64,000 nucleotides of DNA, taken from the human T2T-CHM13v2.0 reference genome, Homo sapiens. Position 1 is the first letter of the stretch; every line of letters begins with the position of its first letter. The position numbers and the translations under genes were made by a program. This document shows, piece by piece, positions 63,600 to 64,000 of the stretch. The notes under the pieces were generated by a model. The model worked only from the letters and a program-made list of their open reading frames with translations, did no database searches and had not been told where the DNA came from. The stretch lies in assembly GCF_009914755.1 (NCBI RefSeq), contig NC_060925.1. The stretch is one strand, 5' to 3'.

Positions 63600-64000
63600 C
63601 TGCAAAGGGAGGCGTGATGAAGGTCATGCCAGGTGTGGGGAGAAGCATGGAGCCTGGGTCTGACTGTCTGAGTTCTGGACCTGCCTCCTCCACTCACTCC
63701 CTGGGCAGCCGTGGCCATGTCATCCTGCCTCTCTGAGCCTGTCTCCCCATCTGCAAAGTGAGAACAAAAATCCCTTCCTGGGGTGGAGGATGATGGGTTA
63801 TAATGATCAATGAATTCACTAAACTATGAAGCATTATAAAATGTAAAATATTGCTTTCATCACAATTCATGATTAATGCAAAGAAAAAACTTTGTGGCCA
63901 AGATAACTTCATTGAAGTAGATACTTGACAGATATGAAAGGTTATGCACTTGGAGGTGTAGAACAACTCTGCCTGCTGAGAGGGGCAGATGCCCAGGAAG

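Noticed and set aside
63600-63693. N-terminal part of the 255-aa ORF (MEEAGPEL...PPFA)
   Set aside because: Intronic read-through upstream of the HEYL acceptor at 63600

Overview
Human (primate) genomic DNA, recognised from the encoded proteins as the PABPC4-HEYL interval (chr1p34 from memory). Left ~13.4 kb: minus-strand PABPC4 (inducible cytoplasmic poly(A)-binding protein). Coding exons 1-12 are present, with exon 12 cut by the window edge. The gene has a CpG-island/TATA/5'TOP promoter, an ~840-nt AUG-free 5'UTR and the intronic H/ACA snoRNA SNORA55. Right ~4 kb: last coding exon and 3'UTR of minus-strand HEYL. The ~46 kb between them is very Alu-rich. It holds three LTR12 (ERV9) solo LTRs, an LTR18-like solo LTR, MaLR/MLT2/MER31 LTRs, L1/L2/MER5 relics, an orphan CpG island, two strong CTCF motifs and a complex local duplication. 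Nearly all ORFs in the supplied track outside these two genes are Alu-derived or GC-rich noise. Best candidates for undescribed biology are all post-transcriptional controls on PABPC4: (i) a cryptic dual-donor cassette in intron 3 (5-nt poison microexon or 51-nt in-frame insert into RRM2); (ii) exons that recreate 5' splice sites after ligation; (iii) a 5'UTR combining TOP, an A-rich tract, a perfect kappaB palindrome and a 4-tier G-quadruplex 2 nt before the AUG. All names come from recognition, not database searches. Repeat boundaries and subfamilies are approximate unless target-site duplications (TSDs) are quoted.
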